A DNA stretch of 64,000 nt from an uncultured cyanobacterium (GTDB lineage: Bacteria > Cyanobacteriota > Cyanobacteriia > Cyanobacteriales > CAWCAG01). The notes under the pieces were generated by a model. The model saw only the letters and a program-made list of their open reading frames with translations. It searched no databases and was not told the origin of the DNA. The DNA lies in assembly GCA_963803805.1 (NCBI GenBank), contig CAWDOD010000001.1, positions 1 through 64,000 on the forward strand, given 5' to 3'. Below are positions 58,477-64,000 of the stretch, one piece after another. A program made the translations under genes and the position numbers. Every line of letters begins with the position of its first letter. The first letter of the stretch is position 1.

Positions 58477-58941
58477 TCAAATTTCTGCCAAAGTTAAATT
58501 TACTAACCAATCTTTGAAAGCTGTCTGCCCGATAATTTTTTCAGCTAATTCATCGTCGCCAGCTTGTAAGGGGAAAACGAATTCTACATATTCATTTAAT
58601 AGCTCTATTAAAGCTAAATTAGTTAAAGTTAATCCTTCTGCGATCGCAGTGGATAAACTAACAGGAGATTTCCCATTAGATTGAAAGTTAATAATAGACT
58701 CTAAAGGAATTTCTTCTAACATTTTATCAGGCAAAACATTTTTGATTAACCCAATTAAACAATCTTTATCTTTTTCTTTTTCAATCATACCTTTAACTCT
58801 CACACCCAAAAAGTTAAGATACTCTTCAGGATTTTCAACTGAAAGTTGAGGCTTAGGTAGCTCAATAGTACTGATAATTTGAATAGAGTCTGTGCTTTTG
58901 GGAAGCCAAAAGTTAGAATTACCATAATATGACATACTCAT
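58477..58941 (-). CDS. Hypothetical protein
   Basis: 154-aa ORF coupled to its neighbours; paralog of the nested ORF. Confidence 0.75.
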   Translation of the reverse strand: MSMSYYGNSNFWLPKSTDSIQIISTIELPKPQLSVENPEEYLNFLGVRVKGMIEKEKDKDCLIGLIKNVLPDKMLEEIPLESIINFQSNGKSPVSLSTAIAEGLTLTNLALIELLNEYVEFVFPLQAGDDELAEKIIGQTAFKDWLVNLTLAEI

Positions 58942-59312
58942 AACTCCATACCTTCATCTGGTTGCTGAAGTTCTTGTTGCTCCTGCTTAAACTGCCTAGC
59001 TTTTTGGGTTATTCTTTCAGAGAAATTTCTTGTCCTTTCAGAGGAAAGATTAGAACCTTGATCTTGCCAAGTCTCACCATCAAACTTAGCTCTAGCAAAA
59101 GTTTCTCCTGTCTTGCTATCACTGATGTCTAAGCTTTGCTCTTCATCATTGTAAACAAGAGTATTATTACTTCCAATAATTTCGCTAGTACCAGCCAAAG
59201 ACAAAACTGTAGCAGCCATAGAAGCGACTTGTTCCACTTGTTTTTGCTGGTCAAATTCATGCAAACTTTGACCTAGTGGTTTTTTACTTTTACTAACCGT
59301 TAGTCCTGGCAT
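58938..59312 (-). CDS. Stand-alone copy of the recurring ~80-aa domain
   Basis: VEQVASMAA...ARAKFDGETWQDQGSNLSSER. Confidence 0.75.
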   Translation of the reverse strand: MPGLTVSKSKKPLGQSLHEFDQQKQVEQVASMAATVLSLAGTSEIIGSNNTLVYNDEEQSLDISDSKTGETFARAKFDGETWQDQGSNLSSERTRNFSERITQKARQFKQEQQELQQPDEGMEL

Positions 59313-59313
59313 T

Positions 59314-60423
59314 TTAGTTACCCACCCTAGCTATTTTCTCAAAGTTTAAAACTGGAACAAGTCTAACTGACAAATCTGTAGGCTTTTTAAGCTTTAGATT
59401 AAGCTTTTTTTGTAAACTATTAACTTGCTCTTCAGTAATTTTCTCAGATGTTTTAACTTCTAAACTAACTATAAGATGTTCAGTTTTTTTGTGAGGTATT
59501 TTTGTAGGGACAAAGCCTAAAATTTTAGTCTTGCTTGGTCTTTCTTTACGAAATATTTTACGGACAGTAACTTCTGCTGCCTCATCACGTTCTTTAGAAT
59601 CGAAAGGGTCAGTACGCATTATAGAACCAACACTACGACTCAAACGTTGCTCAAATAATAAATCCCCTAACGAAACCGTTAAGGGAATGGCACTAACTAT
59701 TAGTAAGAGTAACACAAGAATAAGCCCTTTTTGAGTGGCACTTTCTTTAAATGAACCATACCCTAATAAAGTAAAAACCACTAAAGCACTAAACAACATC
59801 CCGGCTAAATTAGAAGCAAATAACAACCCAGCACCAGTACTAAGTTGCCAACTCCTTAAAGCAATACCAATACCAATTACACTCAAAGGAGGTACTAAAG
59901 CAACTGCAATCGCAACACCTGCTAAAGAGTCAGCAATATCTTCATGAGACATGACAAAAGACCCTGCTGCCCCTGCTGCGATCGCAACTCCCAAATCAAT
60001 TAAAGTAGGATTAATTCTAGCGTTAATTTGAGCAGTCAGAGTCTCAATCCCTAACGACAAAGTTATGGCAACAGAAACAACAACCACAATCAATATACCC
60101 ATTACCAAAGTGAAAGTAGCCCTGGTAATCAGTTTACGATTATCAATTAATGCCCCAAATGAAACAGCTAGTACTGCCCCCATCATAGGAGCAAGCAACA
60201 TAGAGCCAACAATAGCCGCCGCCGAATTAGCAAGTAAACCAAGAGTGGAGATAATACCAGCAACAGACATCAAAAAATAATATCCCAAGGAGGGCAAACT
60301 AGCCTTAAGATACTGCTGTTGCATTTTAGCAAGTGAAAGCTGGGGGGAATTTAGCCATTTCCACTTCCCTCTATTGTAGCTACTAATAATCGTCCAAACT
60401 TTCTGTATCATCTTGCTTTCCAT
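59314..60423 (-). CDS. DUF389/TIGR00341-like membrane protein
   Basis: GLLANSAAAIVGSMLLAPMMG, PTLIDLGVAIAAGAAG, LAGVAIAVALVPPL. Confidence 0.88.
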   Translation of the reverse strand: MESKMIQKVWTIISSYNRGKWKWLNSPQLSLAKMQQQYLKASLPSLGYYFLMSVAGIISTLGLLANSAAAIVGSMLLAPMMGAVLAVSFGALIDNRKLITRATFTLVMGILIVVVVSVAITLSLGIETLTAQINARINPTLIDLGVAIAAGAAGSFVMSHEDIADSLAGVAIAVALVPPLSVIGIGIALRSWQLSTGAGLLFASNLAGMLFSALVVFTLLGYGSFKESATQKGLILVLLLLIVSAIPLTVSLGDLLFEQRLSRSVGSIMRTDPFDSKERDEAAEVTVRKIFRKERPSKTKILGFVPTKIPHKKTEHLIVSLEVKTSEKITEEQVNSLQKKLNLKLKKPTDLSVRLVPVLNFEKIARVGN

Positions 60424-60441
60424 AGCTTGTAATTTAATTCT

Positions 60442-62325
60442 TCAAATATCATACAAACCTCCAGGAGGAGGTTTCTTGCCTCCTCCTGTACTTACAGTGT
60501 TGGTATTTTCTTTCTCATCATCAGGCAAAGGTAACAACCGATCTGCTTCCTCTTGTCGCTTTTTTAGTTCCTGCTGCAACCAAGTACTTTGTTCTACTTC
60601 ACTTTGACCATAAATCCCTCTAGCCTTTTGCTCTAGCTTGATTAAATTAGGTAAAATCTGCTCGTCCCAAAGCTCAAGACATTCTTTCCTCCTTTTAATA
60701 TATTCTTTGGGAATAGGAACCCGATCAATATGCCAAGGAACGCCACCCCCCATAGTCGGGTTCATATAAATACATTCCCCTACGCCCATACTGTTGATAG
60801 AATCTGCACTCATAAGAGGACGAATATGAGTTTGATCTGAAGTACTTACTGACCCCCCAGATGAACCACGGTTACGGCTTCTCGATTTATTTTGGGTTAT
60901 AATTTCGGTATCTCCCAAGTACTGAGAATACTGCGATGCAGTTTCTTGATCTCCAGGGTTAAACCAAAATTTTGTAGCTAAACCAGAACTAAGAAATTGA
61001 GCTTTATCTTTGCCATAAGCTTCTCTCATCTGGGGAGAGTTTTGATAAGCAAACATAAAAACTGCCCCCTTAGACCGATGGAGGTTAGCCCAGTTAGGTG
61101 CATCAGTAATTGTAAACGTAGATGCTTCATCAAAAGAACAGACTATGGGAACCTTACGCTGTTCAGAGCAATTGTAGTTGACATATGTTTGTATAATTGC
61201 CGCTAAGAAGGGGTTAATTGTATCGCTACGAAAAATGTCAGATTGAAAGAAAATCATCTGCTTCTTTCCAAGCATAGAAGGAGCAGTACTTTGACCCATC
61301 ATGCAGCCTAATAAATCTGGCTGAATAAAGTCAGTCAAAACATCAATTGCTCCAGCTTCAATACTCCCAGCCGTCTTTTCTACATCAGCAACCTTAATAA
61401 GCTGGTCAAACTGAACCCTAACCCATTCTGGTAATACCTCACTTCCTTCCTCTGCTGCTTTAGCTAACCGTTTAGGAAACTCAGATAATTGTAAAAAGCT
61501 AAAAGCCATCCCTAAATCAGGGTATTTTGTACCCTTAGCTAACATAAATAATGCTTGTACTAACCTTGCACCAGCAGGGCCAAAGAAAGCATCTCCTTTA
61601 CCCTGATCTCCTTTTACATTTGCATGGAAAGTACTAGCTAGGTTTGCAGCAGTGGTAGTATCATTATTATCTTGCAGAAAATCTAAAGGATTAATCACAC
61701 AGGTATAATCCCTACCAGGAGCAAAAATACTAACTTCATACCCACACCTAATAGCATGGGTACAAAGATAGTCTATTTGTCCTCCATGCCCCTTGTCATC
61801 TGCCTTGTAATCGTAGACAATGCCTGAAAATCCTTGATCAATAGCTGAGGCACAAAGAGGATCTATAACTGAGAAAGTTTTACCAGAACCAGGGCCACCA
61901 GTTACCTCAATACTTCGGTTTGCTTTAGGTAAAGATAGTATAGGTGGTTTACCACCGAACAAGGTTGATAGTTCAGGTAGTATACGCTTTGTATGCCAAG
62001 GTTTTTTAATACCAATGTAAAGAGCAACATCATCAACAGCATCAGACTCAAGAAGTTTTTTGGTATTACGAACTAGTTCTACCTTATCTTTCCTATCAGC
62101 CCATTTAGCCGTTGTTAGTTTATTTTTCTTACCCCTACCGAAAATGAGAGCAACAACTCCCAGTACACCTCCCAAGCCCAAGAGCATGAGGATATCTGGT
62201 GAAGCAAAAGTATCTCTAAATGCTCCAATGAAACTACTAGCAATGCCAGAGCTACCGTCGCTACTTGAGCTTTGAGCTATTACGGGATTAGTGTAATAAA
62301 TAGGATGCTGTTGTCGAGTTTTCAT
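60442..62325 (-). CDS. VirD4/TraD-like type IV coupling protein
   Basis: N-terminal TM, Walker A GGPGSGKT, YDYK, INPLD, FDEA, QNSPQMREAYG, YLGDTEI, RPLMSADSI. Confidence 0.9.
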   Translation of the reverse strand: MKTRQQHPIYYTNPVIAQSSSSDGSSGIASSFIGAFRDTFASPDILMLLGLGGVLGVVALIFGRGKKNKLTTAKWADRKDKVELVRNTKKLLESDAVDDVALYIGIKKPWHTKRILPELSTLFGGKPPILSLPKANRSIEVTGGPGSGKTFSVIDPLCASAIDQGFSGIVYDYKADDKGHGGQIDYLCTHAIRCGYEVSIFAPGRDYTCVINPLDFLQDNNDTTTAANLASTFHANVKGDQGKGDAFFGPAGARLVQALFMLAKGTKYPDLGMAFSFLQLSEFPKRLAKAAEEGSEVLPEWVRVQFDQLIKVADVEKTAGSIEAGAIDVLTDFIQPDLLGCMMGQSTAPSMLGKKQMIFFQSDIFRSDTINPFLAAIIQTYVNYNCSEQRKVPIVCSFDEASTFTITDAPNWANLHRSKGAVFMFAYQNSPQMREAYGKDKAQFLSSGLATKFWFNPGDQETASQYSQYLGDTEIITQNKSRSRNRGSSGGSVSTSDQTHIRPLMSADSINSMGVGECIYMNPTMGGGVPWHIDRVPIPKEYIKRRKECLELWDEQILPNLIKLEQKARGIYGQSEVEQSTWLQQELKKRQEEADRLLPLPDDEKENTNTVSTGGGKKPPPGGLYDI

Positions 62326-62364
62326 CTTCTTCTCTACTTTTATTCGACAATGAAAAGAACTACT

Positions 62365-63129
62365 TTACAGGTCAAAGTCATCAAAACTGGTACTACCAGC
62401 CGCACTAACTCTGACGATAGTTCCCTGGTCTATTTCCTCTGTCCCATCAATTTGGATATCAAAAGGTAGTTCTTTACCTGCTAGCAAAGCATCCAAACTG
62501 CTGTTAGAAATAACATGAAGCTCTTCTTCATTTTCATCTTCTACTTTGTATATGGTAGAGCCGTATTCAGAAGTTCCAGTTTCTGCAACAACAGTATATT
62601 TTTGCTCCTCCTCCAAAGCTTTTAGAGGCACAGGGGCATTACCTGGAATCAAACGCACCATATCAAGAGGTGGTGTTCCTTCTCCCGTTTCCCCATCATG
62701 TTGCTTAAAGGTAGCGTAGAACTTATTGCTTGTACGAATGTCAATCTGTATAAGTTGTCCAGCAACTTTTATTTCCTGATAAGCATTGTAGCCAAGCCTG
62801 TATTTAACATACTCAATATCCAATGCTTTTAAAGAATTGAGGGCAGCATCGGTAACGATAAAAGTATTATCATCCTGTCTAAACAAAGTTAGTGTATTAG
62901 CGTAAAAACGGTCTTTTTTCTCACTATAAACAACCTGAACTGCAATTGCATCTTCAGGTAAAACTTCTAATTCTGATATTTTTTTAACTAAACTACCAAC
63001 GGGAATTTCAACTTTTTCTTCCTGCTTTGCTCTTTCTCTAATTTTTCTCGATTGTACTCCTATTTTTTGAGCAACTTTATATAAGTTTGTTACTTGTTTT
63101 GTTTCTTTTGTTTCTGTTGAAACTACCAT
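62365..63129 (-). CDS. Hypothetical protein with acidic-aromatic tail
   Basis: 254-aa ORF ending SFDDFDL. Confidence 0.7.
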   Translation of the reverse strand: MVVSTETKETKQVTNLYKVAQKIGVQSRKIRERAKQEEKVEIPVGSLVKKISELEVLPEDAIAVQVVYSEKKDRFYANTLTLFRQDDNTFIVTDAALNSLKALDIEYVKYRLGYNAYQEIKVAGQLIQIDIRTSNKFYATFKQHDGETGEGTPPLDMVRLIPGNAPVPLKALEEEQKYTVVAETGTSEYGSTIYKVEDENEEELHVISNSSLDALLAGKELPFDIQIDGTEEIDQGTIVRVSAAGSTSFDDFDL

Positions 63130-63831
63130 TTATACTTCCTCTTTATTAATAACGAATACTTTACTACTAACTACTTTAAATTCGACTCCATCAAAACAAG
63201 TTCTACTTCGTCGAATGTTTTCTCCTTCTACTTGATTGATTCTCAAGCAAGGTAAACCATTTTGCTCTGCTTCTAAAACTTTAAAGAGTTTCTCATCTTT
63301 AGGAAGTCTAGGGTCTAAATAACGACTAAAAACAGGAGTTAATTCTTCCGTTTCTTCATCAGTTATATATACCCTGTAAAGCTTTCCTAATGAACCTTGA
63401 AGCTCATTAGAGTTAAGATCAACTAGAGTAGTTTGCGGTTCTTCAGCTATTTGGAAAGCTTCAGCTTTCTTAGCTATTTTGCTAATTGCTTTATCATCTA
63501 AAGAATCATCCACACTAGTTGTTACAATTGTTTCTAACTGAGATTTAGAAAAATAGCTATTAGCATCTTTCCAATTACTTGAATTACTATTGCTACAACC
63601 AGATAACAAACTACAAAGAACTGTTAGTAGTAAAAAGATACCTATCCCTAATCGCATGAAGTGAGTGAAAGATATTATCTTTAATGTGGGTGGTTCTAGT
63701 TCTTTGTCTGATATTGACTTGAGTTCGGAAAAAGTAGGTAGTTTAATTCTTCTTTCTCTTTTTTCAAAGTTAGGAACTTCGCCATCAAAAAAAGAATTAT
63801 CAAAGTCGTTATCTGTTATTTCTGTTTTCAT
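63130..63831 (-). CDS. Membrane-anchored / lipoprotein-like protein
   Basis: Hydrophobic segment followed by LLSGC. Confidence 0.65.
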   Translation of the reverse strand: MKTEITDNDFDNSFFDGEVPNFEKRERRIKLPTFSELKSISDKELEPPTLKIISFTHFMRLGIGIFLLLTVLCSLLSGCSNSNSSNWKDANSYFSKSQLETIVTTSVDDSLDDKAISKIAKKAEAFQIAEEPQTTLVDLNSNELQGSLGKLYRVYITDEETEELTPVFSRYLDPRLPKDEKLFKVLEAEQNGLPCLRINQVEGENIRRSRTCFDGVEFKVVSSKVFVINKEEV

Positions 63832-64000
63832 CTTGTAACCTCAATAGCTACATTACTAGGAATAGTTATATTCAACTTTTTAAGCGCTGTAACATCATCC
63901 TTACGCCAAATGACTTGGCTATCTTTTTGCCCAGCAACTTCTTCAGCTTTCTGCTGTAATCCCTCTTTACCTAAACGCTCTAAGTCTCTTTCATAAAGAG

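Overview
Cyanobacterial DNA (abundant HIP1 GCGATCGC, XisH/XisI, GUN4) that looks like the end of a linear, hairpin-telomere plasmid. Bases 1-13783 are an imperfect reverse-complement copy of 13785-27203, folding back at a palindrome centred on 13784. A protelomerase (telomere resolvase) gene lies 2.4-4 kb from the fold, next to vapBC and subtelomeric repeats. The unique part carries IS debris and a type III-B variant CRISPR-Cas operon (CARF-HEPN, HD-less cas10, cmr3/4/5, cmr6-cmr1 fusion) with a divergent WYL regulator. It also has six separate arrays of one repeat family, each with its own leader, five of them preceded by a truncated or eroded cas2 3' end, and two followed by xisH-xisI pairs. 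Further on are an IS-broken NACHT-GUN4 gene, parAB and a conjugation-like region (VirD4-like ATPase, 2128-aa methyltransferase/strawberry-notch helicase). A gene paralogous to its upstream neighbour is overprinted inside the helicase linker, with its own RBS, and one ~80-aa domain recurs five times in four proteins. Many frameshifts are probably sequencing indels, because the two arms break the same genes at different places. All calls come from reading motifs by eye; no searches were run.
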